From: Bacteroidota bacterium
GTDB taxonomy: Bacteria > Bacteroidota > Bacteroidia > NS11-12g > UBA9320
DNA: 64,000 nt
Direction of reading: 5' to 3'
Assembly: GCA_018700895.1 (NCBI GenBank)
Contig: JABIUV010000007.1
Span: 80,154 to 144,153, forward strand
Positions 44,044 to 55,235 of the stretch are shown in pieces. The position numbers were made by a program, and so were the translations under genes. Each line of letters begins with the position of its first letter. The first letter of the stretch is position 1. The notes beneath the pieces are model-generated. The model was not told where the DNA came from, searched no databases, and saw only the letters and a program-made list of their open reading frames with translations.

Positions 44044-44625
44044 TTATTTTTTTTCGCTTAGGCAAATAACCCTGCCATTTTTAAGCTCATATTGCTCTCC
44101 TCCTTCTGGACATAGGGCTCTTCCATCTCCTTCAAACTCAAGCTTATGGCCGTACTTACTCATCCAGCCTACGTGCTTTCCAGGGTTGCCTACCATTAGT
44201 GCATAAGGCAATACCTCCTTGGTAATTACCGTACCCGCACCTATAAAACAATACTCACCCAAATCATTACCACACACAATCGTCGCATTAGCACCAATAC
44301 TTGCTCCTTTCCTCACTACAGTTTGCAGGTATTCACTTTTTCTGTTTACCGCACTTCGTGGATTTATCACATTGGTAAACACCATACTCGGTCCTAAAAA
44401 CACATCATCTTCGCACGTCACTCCAGTATAAATGCTCACATTATTTTGCACTTTTACATTATTACCCAATACTACACGTGGACTTACCACTACATTTTGA
44501 CCTAAGTTACAGTTTTCACCCAGTGTGCTGTGAGACATTATGTGGCTGAAGTGCCATATCTTAGTGCCTTCTCCAATGGTACAATCCTCGTCTATAACCG
44601 CTGTCTCGTGAACAAAATAACTCAT
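44044..44625 (-). CDS. Hexapeptide-repeat sugar N-acetyltransferase (WbpD/WlbB-like)
   Basis: GTKIWHFSHIM, VKVQNNVSIY, GPSMVFTNVINPRS. Confidence 0.9.
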   Translation of the reverse strand: MSYFVHETAVIDEDCTIGEGTKIWHFSHIMSHSTLGENCNLGQNVVVSPRVVLGNNVKVQNNVSIYTGVTCEDDVFLGPSMVFTNVINPRSAVNRKSEYLQTVVRKGASIGANATIVCGNDLGEYCFIGAGTVITKEVLPYALMVGNPGKHVGWMSKYGHKLEFEGDGRALCPEGGEQYELKNGRVICLSEKK

Positions 44626-44630
44626 AACGA

Positions 44631-45604
44631 CTAGTTGAATTCTTTGGGATGTGCGTATTTATACAGGTGCTCCGCAGGCAGATTCTTGAAATACTCATAG
44701 GTGATTTTTAAGCCTTCTGCTCTATCTACGGTAGGTTCCCAACCCAATATTTCTTTGGCTCTAGCGATGTCCGGTTTACGTTGCTTCGGATCATCCTTGG
44801 GTAAGTCGTGAAATACAATTTTTTGACTCGTACCAGTAAGTGCTATTATCTCTTTAGCAAAATCAAGTATGCTGATCTCATCAGGATTACCAATATTCAC
44901 AGGTTGTGCGTAGTCGCTGTGTAGCAGTCTATATATTCCTTCCACCAAATCAGCTACATAACAAAAACTTCTTGTCTGACTACCATCACCAAAGATGGTA
45001 ATATCCTCACCTCGCAATGCCTGCCCTATGAATGCCGGTAGTGCTCTACCATCATTTAGTCGCATACGCGGGCCATAGGTGTTAAATATGCGTATGATTC
45101 TTGTTTCCACTCCGTGAAACGTGTGGTACGCCATGGTCATGGCTTCCTGAAAACGCTTAGCTTCGTCATACACGCCTCGCGGACCAACAGGATTTACATT
45201 TCCCCAATAATCTTCATTTTGTGGATGTACTGCGGGATCGCCATAGACTTCTGAAGTAGAAGCTATGAGCATACGAGCTCCTTTGGCAAGAGCAAGACCC
45301 AAACAGTTATGCGTACCCAAACTACCTACCTTGAGTGTTGTATAGGAATCTTGAGATAGTCGATAGGACTAGCTGGCGAAGCAAAATGCAAGATATAATC
45401 AAGCTCACCGGGCACGTGTATATACTTAGACACATCATCATGGTAAAAATGAAACTGCTCCAATGGCATCAGGTGTTCGATATTTTTCATATCACCTGTA
45501 ATAAGATTATCCATAGCGATAACCTCGTAGCCCTCTTTTATAAATCTATCGCAAAGGTGTGAACCTAAAAAACCCGCTCCACCTGTTATTAATATTCTTT
45601 TCAT
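44631..45604 (-). pseudogene. UDP-glucuronate decarboxylase (UDP-xylose synthase-like SDR), frameshifted near 45338
   Basis: [10 protein letters not shown] and HFASPASP in one frame; [26 protein letters not shown] in another; one extra A restores [15 protein letters not shown]. Confidence 0.85.
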
Positions 45605-45614
45605 TGTTCTGTTT

Positions 45615-46931
45615 TTATTTGGAACCGATACAGAAGTAACTGTAGCCCAGGTCGTTAAGCTCTTCGCGGTCGTATATATTTCTACCATCAAAGACTAATT
45701 TATTTCCTATTCTACTACTTACCGTATCCCAGTCAGGTAGTTTAAATTCTGACCACTCCGTCACTAGTAAGAGTGCTGCTGCTCCATCTAGAGCATCATA
45801 GGGATCATCTACGTATGTAATCTTGTCGCCTATCATATGCTTGGTCTCTGGCATACTCACAGGGTCATACGCTACTACTTCTCCTCCAGCTGCTTTTATC
45901 TTATCTATCAATACGAGTGATGGTGCCTCTCGCATATCATCCGTATTGGGTTTAAAAGATAGCCCCCACATCGCAAAAGTTTTACCGCTAAGATCAGCAC
46001 CTAGGTGATTGGTTATCTTGTCAAAGAGTACTGATTTTTGGTCTTCGTTTACGTCCTCTACAGCCTCCAATATACGCATTGTGTAATCGTTTTCTTTGGC
46101 TGTTTTTATGAGTGCTTTCACATCTTTGGGGAAGCAGCTACCACCGTAACCTATTCCTGCATAGATAAATCGCGAACCTATACGCGGGTCGCTACCGATA
46201 CCTCGGCGTACACTATTTACATCTGCACCCATTATTTCACATAGGTTAGCAATATCATTCATAAAACTAATACGTGTAGCCAACATGGCATTCGCGGCAT
46301 ACTTAGTCATCTCCGCACTTGGTATGTCCATAAAAATGAGTGGATGACCATTCATAATAAATGGCTTATAGAGTTTGCTCATCGTTTCTTGAGCTTTTTC
46401 AGAGTCTACGCCTACTACGATTCTATCGGGTTTCATAAAATCATCAATCGCAGCTCCTTCTTTTAGGAATTCAGGGTTACTCGCTATATCAAATGGGATA
46501 TCTACTCCTCTTTTGTCGAGTTCTGCTTGTACGGCTCCTCTTACTTTTTCGGCCGTACCTACGGGAACGGTACTCTTGGTTACTACCACACCGTAGCTAT
46601 TCATATTCGCTCCTATTTGCGAAGCAACTTTGAGGACATATTGCAAATCTGCACTACCATCTTCTCCTGGAGGTGTACCTACGGCAATAAAAGCGACATC
46701 TGCTCCTTTTATACTTGATGCTAGGTCGGTACTGAAATGTATTTTCTCTTTTTTGAAATTACGCTCTACCATAGCATCTAAGCCTGGTTCGTAAATGGGC
46801 ATAATGCCATTGCGGAGTCCTTCTATTTTGTTAGCATCTATATCTATACACGTTACATATGTACCTACCTCGGCTAGACAAGTACCTGTAACTAGCCCTA
46901 CATACCCTGTACCTACAACTGTTATTTTCAT
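45615..46931 (-). CDS. ugd: UDP-glucose 6-dehydrogenase
   Basis: [37 protein letters not shown]. Confidence 0.95.
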   Translation of the reverse strand: MKITVVGTGYVGLVTGTCLAEVGTYVTCIDIDANKIEGLRNGIMPIYEPGLDAMVERNFKKEKIHFSTDLASSIKGADVAFIAVGTPPGEDGSADLQYVLKVASQIGANMNSYGVVVTKSTVPVGTAEKVRGAVQAELDKRGVDIPFDIASNPEFLKEGAAIDDFMKPDRIVVGVDSEKAQETMSKLYKPFIMNGHPLIFMDIPSAEMTKYAANAMLATRISFMNDIANLCEIMGADVNSVRRGIGSDPRIGSRFIYAGIGYGGSCFPKDVKALIKTAKENDYTMRILEAVEDVNEDQKSVLFDKITNHLGADLSGKTFAMWGLSFKPNTDDMREAPSLVLIDKIKAAGGEVVAYDPVSMPETKHMIGDKITYVDDPYDALDGAAALLLVTEWSEFKLPDWDTVSSRIGNKLVFDGRNIYDREELNDLGYSYFCIGSK

Positions 46932-47064
46932 TGCGTTTTGCGTTTTATAAGTCCGCAAAGGTATTCATTGAAAATTTAATCATATACCCAATTTTAATCA
47001 ACGCGAAACCCTATTTCACAAAGTAATGACATCTATCCTTTCAATTTGATGTTATTTTGCACCT

Positions 47065-47817
47065 ATGAAAAAATGGATTGTACTCACATTTTTGATAATT
47101 ACTGGTTTGATAGCTCAAGCTCAGTCAGAAATGAAGACCGAACAAGGTTTTCTTTTTTCTCCTCACGCAGCGTGGAATGTTGCAGGAGGTGATTTGGAGC
47201 AGCGGTTTGATAACTTTGCGTCTTTAGGACTAGGAGTAGACTATAAACTCAAAAACAACTTTATCTTTGGTATAGACTATGATTGGTACTTTGGGGACAA
47301 TGTGAAAGATAATGGCTTATTTAGTAATATAGGTGGCACATCGGGAGCTATCATTGACCAAAATGGGGATTTTGCAGTTATTCAGCTTAATATGAAAGGC
47401 AACTATGCTACTGCCAATGTTGGCTACTTATTCAATATTGTAAAAAACCAACCAAACTCGGGCCTGCTATTCTCAGTAGGTGCAGGAATGATGCAACATC
47501 GTATAGATATTATTTCTTCTCAAGTCACGATTCCACAGGTAAATGATGAATACGAAAAAGGTTATGATCAGCTTACGTACGGATTTGCCACCAAACAATA
47601 CTTGGGCTATCAATATCTCGTTGCCAAAAACAGGTATCATCTCAGATTAGGCATGGAATTTAATCAAGGATTTACACAAGGTAGAAGAACATGGGATTTC
47701 AACGCAAACACCTCAGGGCTAACCAAGCGATTTGATCGCACGATTGCTTTGAAATTTGGCTTAATCGTTCCGGTGTACACCAAAGATAAAGACGACGAAG
47801 AATTCTTTATAGACTAA
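47065..47817 (+). CDS. Hypothetical outer-membrane beta-barrel protein
   Basis: Signal peptide, GDLEQRF, QHRI, GYDQLT; amphipathic strands. Confidence 0.7.
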   Translation: MKKWIVLTFLIITGLIAQAQSEMKTEQGFLFSPHAAWNVAGGDLEQRFDNFASLGLGVDYKLKNNFIFGIDYDWYFGDNVKDNGLFSNIGGTSGAIIDQNGDFAVIQLNMKGNYATANVGYLFNIVKNQPNSGLLFSVGAGMMQHRIDIISSQVTIPQVNDEYEKGYDQLTYGFATKQYLGYQYLVAKNRYHLRLGMEFNQGFTQGRRTWDFNANTSGLTKRFDRTIALKFGLIVPVYTKDKDDEEFFID

Positions 47818-47821
47818 TTTC

Positions 47822-49024
47822 TTGTTTCGGTATGTCTACATATTTGCTGCGTGTCTTGCGGCAATTCTACTGCCAATAGTTGGTATATTCTCTACTAAGT
47901 TAAAATCGTTTTCTCAAACAAGAAATAACAGCAAGCGAGTACGCCCAACACCTATAAAATACTGGATACACGCAGCATCTCTTGGTGAGTACGAAATGGC
48001 CTTGCCCATTATTCAAGAACTCCTAATTCACCACAAAAAAGAGGAGATACTCATCACGATTTTTAGCCCAAGCGGGTATAGCCAAGCCATTAAAGGCGAA
48101 TATGCCGATAGGGTGATGTATTTGCCGCTGGACAGATTAGGTCACGTGCGTCAATTTTATAAAGACTATGCTCCTCAACGAGCTATATTTATCCGATACG
48201 ACTTTTGGTATAATTTTATAGCCGAAGGGCACAAATGCGGTACTTCATTTTATTTAGTAAACGGCCGATTCACAGATAATCATTTCATATTCAAGTGGTT
48301 TGGCAAGCCATATTTTAATCTTGTACAGCAGTTCAAGGGCATATTTACGTCCGATCAGAACAGTACGAAAGTGCTAGAGTCTCACGGTATTCGAGCACAG
48401 TTTACAGGAGACACCCGATTTGACAGAGTAAATAGTATCGCCCAAAACGCACAACACTATGAGGAGATAGAAGCATTCATAAATGGCCGAAAAGTGATCA
48501 TATTAGGCTCATCGTGGCAAGAAGAGGAGCAGCTTATAGCACATCTGCTAAAGAACAAACCAGAGAATCTTGCTATCATCATAGCACCTCATGACCTCAA
48601 ACGCTGCGATGCCATAGCTCAACAGCTGGCAGAGTACTACCCTCGAAAGTATACCGATGGTAATTTTTCTGTTCGCGACAACTTACTGATACTAGACACT
48701 ATGGGTATGCTCTCATCTATGTATCAGTATGCTGATTTTTCGCTCATTGGTGGTGGATATAGTGGTGCATTGCACAATATTTTGGAGCCAGCCGTGTGGG
48801 GTAGTTGTATTTCATTTGGGCCATCAGTAGAAAAGTTCCCAGAAGCAGCTCAATTTATAGAGGCGGGTTTTGCTCGAGCAATAGATAACCAAGAAGAGTG
48901 GTCAGACGAGATTTTGAGATTAATTGCTAATGAAGATGAACTTGCGTCTCTAAAAAATATGGCCAAGCAGTTTGCCAAGGCAAACATTGGTGCTGCTTCG
49001 CGAGTTATATCTCATATATTATGA
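47822..49024 (+). CDS. waaA: 3-deoxy-D-manno-octulosonic acid (Kdo) transferase
   Basis: WIHAASLGE, FSPSGY, YLPLD, GDTRFDRV, LGSSW, HNILEPA. Confidence 0.92.
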   Translation: MFRYVYIFAACLAAILLPIVGIFSTKLKSFSQTRNNSKRVRPTPIKYWIHAASLGEYEMALPIIQELLIHHKKEEILITIFSPSGYSQAIKGEYADRVMYLPLDRLGHVRQFYKDYAPQRAIFIRYDFWYNFIAEGHKCGTSFYLVNGRFTDNHFIFKWFGKPYFNLVQQFKGIFTSDQNSTKVLESHGIRAQFTGDTRFDRVNSIAQNAQHYEEIEAFINGRKVIILGSSWQEEEQLIAHLLKNKPENLAIIIAPHDLKRCDAIAQQLAEYYPRKYTDGNFSVRDNLLILDTMGMLSSMYQYADFSLIGGGYSGALHNILEPAVWGSCISFGPSVEKFPEAAQFIEAGFARAIDNQEEWSDEILRLIANEDELASLKNMAKQFAKANIGAASRVISHIL

Positions 49025-51438
49025 GACCGTTTTTAGTTATAATCACTCTTATACTTTCTCCTGTCCTATTTGCACAAAGCCTAACCGGCACCATACGAGG
49101 TAAGGTAGTGGATAAAAACACCGAAGAGCCGCTTATAGGTGTGCTAGTAGCAGCAACATTAGACCAAAAAACACAGAACAGAATAACAGACGAAACGGGG
49201 AGTTTCAGAATAGAGAATGTACCCGTAGGACGATATACCATTCGCTTTTCGCACCTTGGGTACGAAGAGGCTGTTGTAACTCAGCTGGAAGCAACTAGCT
49301 CTAAGCAAGTAGTGCTGGACATAGCGATGGAAGAAAAAATAACAACATCATCTACCATCGTAGTACGAGCCCGTAAAGACAAGGCTAAAACTATCAATCA
49401 GATGGTATCGGTAAGTGGTCGCACCTTTAGCATAGAGGAGAGTCAAAGATATGCGGGGAGTAGAGGTGACGTGGCTCGTATGGCACAAAATTTTGCTGGG
49501 GTACAAGGTTCTGACGACAGTAGAAACGACATCGTAGTGAGGGGCAACTCGCCTATGGGCGTATTGTACCGACTAGAAGGTGTAGATATCCCAAACCCCA
49601 ATCATTTTAGCACAGCAGGAACTACTGGAGGTCCAATTAGTATGCTCAATAACAATGTGTTACAAAACTCCGATTTCCTGAGCGGAGCATTCCCCGCTGA
49701 GTACGGAAATGCTACTGCTGCGGTGTTTGATCTCGGTATGCGTAAAGGAAATGATGAGGAGTATGAGTTTTTGGGGCAGGTAGGATTTGCCGGGCTTGAA
49801 CTTATGGCAGAGGGCCCACTAAAAGAAGGAAGTAATGCCTCATTTTTGGTCAATTATCGTTTTTCGGCTTTAGAGTTATTCTCGGTACTCGGTTTAGAAT
49901 TTGGGACAGGAACGGCTATTCCAAAGTACCAGGATCTCAGCTTTAACCTGCACTTCCCAGATAAGAAAGGGAGTACCAAAATTTTTGGCGTAGCCGGAAA
50001 AAGCAGCGTAGAACTTTTTCAGAGTGACGAAGCTGGCGAGAACTTATTCAGAGATGGATTAGAAGACTTGACCTATAAAACCAATACAGCTGTAATGGGT
50101 CTCAGCCGTTTTCAGAAACTCGGGAAAAGCACGTTTGCTAAAGTTATACTTGCCACCGACGTGTTGCAAACGCGTACTATCTTGGATACGTTTGCTTTTG
50201 ACAATCAACAGCAAGTAATAGAGTACGGCGGAAAGTACCGCGACCAAAGCACACAAGGCAAGCTAAGCACGAATGCGATGGTTCAGCATAAGTTTAGCTC
50301 ACGCAACACTCTAAAAGGGGGTTTCCGTTACTACCACTACTTCTTCAATCTACGTGATAGCTTTTATAACGTAGGACGCAATTTTGGAACTAATCAAATA
50401 AGAGGTTGGATAGAACCCACGAATTTCAACGGAAACACAGGTTTAGTGCAAGCCTATATAAGTGATGTAATTCGACTCAATAGCCGCCTGAGTACCACAC
50501 TTGGGATGAATGCAGCATACTATACCTACAACGGAGCCACATCCATAGAGCCACGGGCAGGAATGAGTTATAAACTTACCCCGAAGTATACGCTTAGTGC
50601 AGGATATGGATTGCACAGTCAGTTGCCGCCATTTCGTATTTATTTTGAAGAGGTGACCGACCTCAATGGAAATAAACGCAAAATAAATCAAGATCTTGGA
50701 TTCACGAAGAGTCATCATTTTGTGATAGGAAACGACGTGCGACTAGGCAAAAATCTGCGTCTCAAAGTAGAAGCGTATTACCAAAGCCTCTTCGATGTTC
50801 CGATAGATGCGGGTGCGGATACCTTTTATTCATTGCTCAATCAAGGTGCTGACTTTGGCGTGCTATTTACGGATAGTATGGTAAACCAAGGCACAGGCAG
50901 AAACTATGGCTTGGAGGTTACCTTGGAACACTTTCTAACCAAAGGTTTTTATTTTCTCAATACCTTATCGCTGTATCGCTCCTTTTATACCGACCAGCTT
51001 GGCGTGGAGCATCCCACGGCTTTTGATTCTCGGTATGCGGTCAATTTACTGGGAGGAAAGGAATTTTATTTTACCGAAAGAACCACCAAAAAGGGAAAGC
51101 GAAATAAAGGAAGCCTTACTATAGACATAAAATGTATGGTAAACGGAGGCAGACGATACACACCCATTAATGTGGTAGCTAGCCAACTCACGCAAACCGA
51201 AATACGAGACAACACCCAAGTTTTTGCGAATCAGTACGACGATTATGTACGATTAGATTTTAGGGTGGCCTACAAGGTGCAAACCAATAAAATTACCCAA
51301 GAGTGGGGTGTGGATATACAAAATCTGACCAATAGAGATAACATATTTCAACAGACGTATAATGCAAGTACCAACGAGGTACGTACTACTTATCAAACAG
51401 GCCTATTGCCAATAGGTATCTATCGCATAACTTTTTAG
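49021..51438 (+). CDS. TonB-dependent receptor
   Basis: Carboxypeptidase-regulatory-like domain; RNDIVVRGNSP, IPNPNHF, GAFPAEYGNA; terminal YRITF. Confidence 0.92.
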   Translation: MRPFLVIITLILSPVLFAQSLTGTIRGKVVDKNTEEPLIGVLVAATLDQKTQNRITDETGSFRIENVPVGRYTIRFSHLGYEEAVVTQLEATSSKQVVLDIAMEEKITTSSTIVVRARKDKAKTINQMVSVSGRTFSIEESQRYAGSRGDVARMAQNFAGVQGSDDSRNDIVVRGNSPMGVLYRLEGVDIPNPNHFSTAGTTGGPISMLNNNVLQNSDFLSGAFPAEYGNATAAVFDLGMRKGNDEEYEFLGQVGFAGLELMAEGPLKEGSNASFLVNYRFSALELFSVLGLEFGTGTAIPKYQDLSFNLHFPDKKGSTKIFGVAGKSSVELFQSDEAGENLFRDGLEDLTYKTNTAVMGLSRFQKLGKSTFAKVILATDVLQTRTILDTFAFDNQQQVIEYGGKYRDQSTQGKLSTNAMVQHKFSSRNTLKGGFRYYHYFFNLRDSFYNVGRNFGTNQIRGWIEPTNFNGNTGLVQAYISDVIRLNSRLSTTLGMNAAYYTYNGATSIEPRAGMSYKLTPKYTLSAGYGLHSQLPPFRIYFEEVTDLNGNKRKINQDLGFTKSHHFVIGNDVRLGKNLRLKVEAYYQSLFDVPIDAGADTFYSLLNQGADFGVLFTDSMVNQGTGRNYGLEVTLEHFLTKGFYFLNTLSLYRSFYTDQLGVEHPTAFDSRYAVNLLGGKEFYFTERTTKKGKRNKGSLTIDIKCMVNGGRRYTPINVVASQLTQTEIRDNTQVFANQYDDYVRLDFRVAYKVQTNKITQEWGVDIQNLTNRDNIFQQTYNASTNEVRTTYQTGLLPIGIYRITF

Positions 51439-51488
51439 TAACCCAGTTTTGACGGCAACTTTACATGGATAATATTTATCTTTGAGCT

Positions 51489-52046
51489 ATGAAACGTGCT
51501 ACCCTAATCATCGGATTATTCCTATCGGGGTTCTTATTTACTCAGTGCAATGATGACTGTGGCGACTTTAACTACACTAAGAGTCCTCCCATCGGGATAT
51601 CTCAAATACGTACAACCACCCAAGCCTTATGGGATACCGAACCTACTAGTAACATAGACTCATTTGGGATTTATATGTACGTAGATTTTCTATTTGCAAA
51701 AAATATAACACCATGCGGTTTTATAAGCACAGCTTATGCATGCTCTCCGCCGCCAACACCCATCTATGACGCTACGGAGTTTATAGATTCTATTTTGGTT
51801 TACTCCGAGCCAGCCTATCGGTTTACTAATGATATTACCGCATTACTCAATTTTGAAAACAACACAGACCTCACTAGTTTTAATGATTTCACAGACAGAC
51901 GAATACTCAACGATGAAGGAAATGGCTATTTCTTTTTAAAAGAAAAACCCCTCCAATCCGACTCCTTTACTTTTAGTTTCTATTACTATAACGACGGAGC
52001 TATAATAGACTCGTCATTTACACAGAAATATTTTATAACTAATTAA
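51489..52046 (+). CDS. Hypothetical lipoprotein (DUF5034-like)
   Basis: Signal peptide ending FTQC; FISTAYACSPPP motif. Confidence 0.65.
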   Translation: MKRATLIIGLFLSGFLFTQCNDDCGDFNYTKSPPIGISQIRTTTQALWDTEPTSNIDSFGIYMYVDFLFAKNITPCGFISTAYACSPPPTPIYDATEFIDSILVYSEPAYRFTNDITALLNFENNTDLTSFNDFTDRRILNDEGNGYFFLKEKPLQSDSFTFSFYYYNDGAIIDSSFTQKYFITN

Positions 52047-52048
52047 TA

Positions 52049-52849
52049 ATGAGTCACTTATTAATCTTATCCATGCTGATAAGTTTCAGCTATGTACAAG
52101 TAAACGCACAGTCTATTTTTGACAAGGCAGAAAATTGGCTCATAGACTATCATACAACACTTAGCTACGGACCACAATACTCGTGGTATAAGTATAGTAT
52201 GATACGTATAGTACAACCCCAGTTTGATAGGGATGCAGAGCTTATGTATGTTTATGGCCAGCAGACCGATAATAGTGCCACCATTCGTAGAGGAAAAATA
52301 TCGACTGCACAATCTAAAATAGCCGTAAATATGGAACTGTCAGAAAAGTATGCTTTACAGTTCTTTAACTGCCACCTCAACTATGAGATTATAACCGACA
52401 ATGATTATCACTTACGCGGAGTGTGGAATGGTGAGTCGATAGCTAAAACTATATCCACTCAAGAATATATCAGAATGCTCCAGCATACCAATGGCCTCAA
52501 TTTTTGGGGAGTAGGAGTGAAACGGGACTTTGCTATTGTAAAACGCGAAAAATTAGACTTAGACCTTGGTATAATGCCAAATATGGCAGCTGTGTTCACT
52601 GCAACTCAAGCTCAAATATATACGCCTACCGGCGAGCTTGCTTACTATGATCCTGGTAACACTTTAGCAGGCATGATGATAGCAGGTGAAACCTCTTTGA
52701 CCGCTACACTTGGATATCACTGGCAGTTGATAGGTAATTTTAACTTCTTTCAGAGCTATATTAAAAAAGCTCATTTAGACCATCAAGGATACGTATCCCA
52801 AAGACTGAGAGGCTCTCATTATGGGCTTAGTCTAGGTTATAGGCTTTGA
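52049..52849 (+). CDS. Hypothetical outer-membrane protein
   Basis: Signal peptide; QHTNGLNF; terminal GLSLGYRL. Confidence 0.7.
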   Translation: MSHLLILSMLISFSYVQVNAQSIFDKAENWLIDYHTTLSYGPQYSWYKYSMIRIVQPQFDRDAELMYVYGQQTDNSATIRRGKISTAQSKIAVNMELSEKYALQFFNCHLNYEIITDNDYHLRGVWNGESIAKTISTQEYIRMLQHTNGLNFWGVGVKRDFAIVKREKLDLDLGIMPNMAAVFTATQAQIYTPTGELAYYDPGNTLAGMMIAGETSLTATLGYHWQLIGNFNFFQSYIKKAHLDHQGYVSQRLRGSHYGLSLGYRL

Positions 52850-52881
52850 GTTAGTGGCACTCTCATTGCTCCACACTGAGC

Positions 52882-53214
52882 ATGAAACTATTCCTACCAT
52901 CAGCTCTCCTACTATTGATTTTTGCCTCATGCCAAAAAGAAGACCTCAGAGCTCCCGACTTTGACATTACTTATCAAGCACTAGAGACGAGCGAAACACC
53001 CAATCAAATGACAGGTATGATAACCAACGTATCGTCTACTCCTGCGAACACTGTTTCCATTAGAATAGACAGGTATACCGATTTTAATCTGGTGCAAGAC
53101 CCCTTGTTTATAGTTATTGATAAAAAACTCTTTCACAACGATACCGCTCAATTCACATTCGAATCTTCTGCCCAAATAAAACGAGTAGAAATAAGTGTTG
53201 TAAATGTAGATTAG
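52882..53214 (+). CDS. Small hypothetical lipoprotein
   Basis: Lipobox FASC. Confidence 0.65.
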   Translation: MKLFLPSALLLLIFASCQKEDLRAPDFDITYQALETSETPNQMTGMITNVSSTPANTVSIRIDRYTDFNLVQDPLFIVIDKKLFHNDTAQFTFESSAQIKRVEISVVNVD

Positions 53215-53753
53215 CTACTCACCTTTTTTTTAAGACTCGTTAAATGGTGATTCGTATGAAAATGTGTGAAATACAATAGCTCACGTACCATCATTTTGCC
53301 CAATAAAGGATGGGTAAGTAATACCTTGTCCAAGTTTTTGTCACTCCATTTGTTCATCCGCTTTTCGAACTTGACTCCCGTGCTTGCCCAGTGATTTAGC
53401 ATATCTTGCTTGTCAAACACCTTGCCTTCTTCCGCTCTGAAAGGAGATGGTGCTAGTGCCTTGCCATTTACCGTGGCAATTTTTTCGGTATATCGGGACA
53501 TCACCTCATCGTAACTCCGCATAGGTCGATTAGGTTTCCCAAATTCCCATTTGAGTATAAATGGAGAAACTTTCAACCCACTGTATAGTGCACTTGCCGA
53601 TTTTATGACGTGATCAAATTCCTCAACAATACTCCATATTTCAGGGTTTGGTTTGGCTATGAATTGGTCGTGGCTCAGGGCCGATATCACGTTGTCTATT
53701 TAAGCCTACTTAGACTGAAAAGCCATTTTAATCTCCCGTTTAGAATGCATCAT
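53211..53753 (-). pseudogene. DinB-family protein with two in-frame stops near the N-terminus
   Basis: MMHSKREIKMAFQSK*A*IDNVISALS...WSIVEEFDH...HPLLGKM..RELLYFTHFHTNHH. Confidence 0.7.
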
Positions 53754-53787
53754 TTGAGATTGCAAAGTATGAATATCTTTGTATAGT

Positions 53788-54270
53788 ATGAAAAATATAA
53801 TGAGCTTCACTCTTCTTAGCTTATGTATGTTCGGTTGTGCCAAGGTGTGTACCCTTGAATCTTTGCTAGGTGAAATGTTGCGAATCCCACTAGATTTATC
53901 TGCTTATAGCACACAGGAGATATCGGCCATAGATGTGTGGAATGTGAACAACGGAGATACGACAAGCACCCCGTTGAGAAGTAATTACTTAGCTGAGAAT
54001 AGTGATGGGCAATATTGGCTAACGGATAATAATACAGACGGCTACTACTCCAGTGATTTAGATGGGAGTAATTTATATTTCTATTTTCGATTGTCAGACA
54101 CGAGTGTTCAACTATTGGATAGCATAACGCATATTACAGTCAAAAAATCAAAAGGCGAAGTGGACGATGTATGCTATGAGGACGACCCAAACGTACAGAT
54201 AGACGAGATTTCATACCTTCACGACGGGAACACGATGGGTAAGGATAATGTACTCATATTAAACAAATAG
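53788..54270 (+). CDS. Hypothetical lipoprotein
   Basis: Lipobox MFGC; TATCTTTG promoter just upstream. Confidence 0.65.
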   Translation: MKNIMSFTLLSLCMFGCAKVCTLESLLGEMLRIPLDLSAYSTQEISAIDVWNVNNGDTTSTPLRSNYLAENSDGQYWLTDNNTDGYYSSDLDGSNLYFYFRLSDTSVQLLDSITHITVKKSKGEVDDVCYEDDPNVQIDEISYLHDGNTMGKDNVLILNK

Positions 54271-54286
54271 CGTAACTTAGCTGCTA

Positions 54287-55210
54287 GTGAAAGTCTTAGT
54301 CGCCTATCTTATCATTCTGCTTCCCCTGTGTGCCCTAGCTCAGGACAGAAAGTGGACGATCAGCTACGAGAACAACGTAAACAAATTAGAATTAGACCAT
54401 TTATATGCTGCTGATGATATCAAAGGCTATGATAATCTACCCTCGTACTTCAATAGTTTTGAGGCTGATATCGCCACAAGACATAGACGATACGACGGAG
54501 ATACACTGAGCAGCCTCACCAAGCAAGCTAGTTACCGACCTTTTCACACTGTTTATTTTCGCAACACACATATAGGCATTGGGACAGAACTCTATACATC
54601 TCAACACCTAGATATTTCTCACACCGCTGGACTCAACCTCTCGCTTGCAGATTACGATATAGGAACTATAAGGAGCTATACCGAAAATGAATATGTACGT
54701 TTTGACAGTACAGAATATGTTGAGATAAGATACCGAGAGATGCAGGCTATCACAGCTCACAAGAAGATAAGACGATTAGCTCTAAGCTATGAAAATGCAC
54801 TTACACTTAAGCCTATGAAATGGTTCAATGTATCCTTGGGTGCAAGGCATCAGGTACATTTTAAGTTTACGGACCACTTATACAGCAGCTATTTCGCAAG
54901 CAATGACACCATAGCCGAGTATAATTATTATTTATGCGGGTTAGATTATGGACCGCTGTATTGGGGGATACGCCAAATTAACTTATACGACAAGCAACAC
55001 CCTTCTAATCTAGCGGATAAATCCAAAAGAGACCTCAGTCTGCAGTATGACCTTGCCTTATTTGTAAGGCCTGAGTTCGTAATGGGCAAAGAAAAACGCT
55101 CGTCTTTGTACTTTAATATTGGGTTCACTCCGGTCCAATTTTATGGTCAAGACTTCGTACCTCGAGAAAATCCAGTGTGGTATGGATTTGGGTTGAGTAG
55201 GAGTTTATGA
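54287..55210 (+). CDS. Hypothetical outer-membrane protein
   Basis: Signal peptide; aromatic-rich strands; terminal WYGFGLSRSL. Confidence 0.65.
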   Translation: MKVLVAYLIILLPLCALAQDRKWTISYENNVNKLELDHLYAADDIKGYDNLPSYFNSFEADIATRHRRYDGDTLSSLTKQASYRPFHTVYFRNTHIGIGTELYTSQHLDISHTAGLNLSLADYDIGTIRSYTENEYVRFDSTEYVEIRYREMQAITAHKKIRRLALSYENALTLKPMKWFNVSLGARHQVHFKFTDHLYSSYFASNDTIAEYNYYLCGLDYGPLYWGIRQINLYDKQHPSNLADKSKRDLSLQYDLALFVRPEFVMGKEKRSSLYFNIGFTPVQFYGQDFVPRENPVWYGFGLSRSL

Positions 55211-55235
55211 GTCTACAACAGTATAAGATTTTAAA

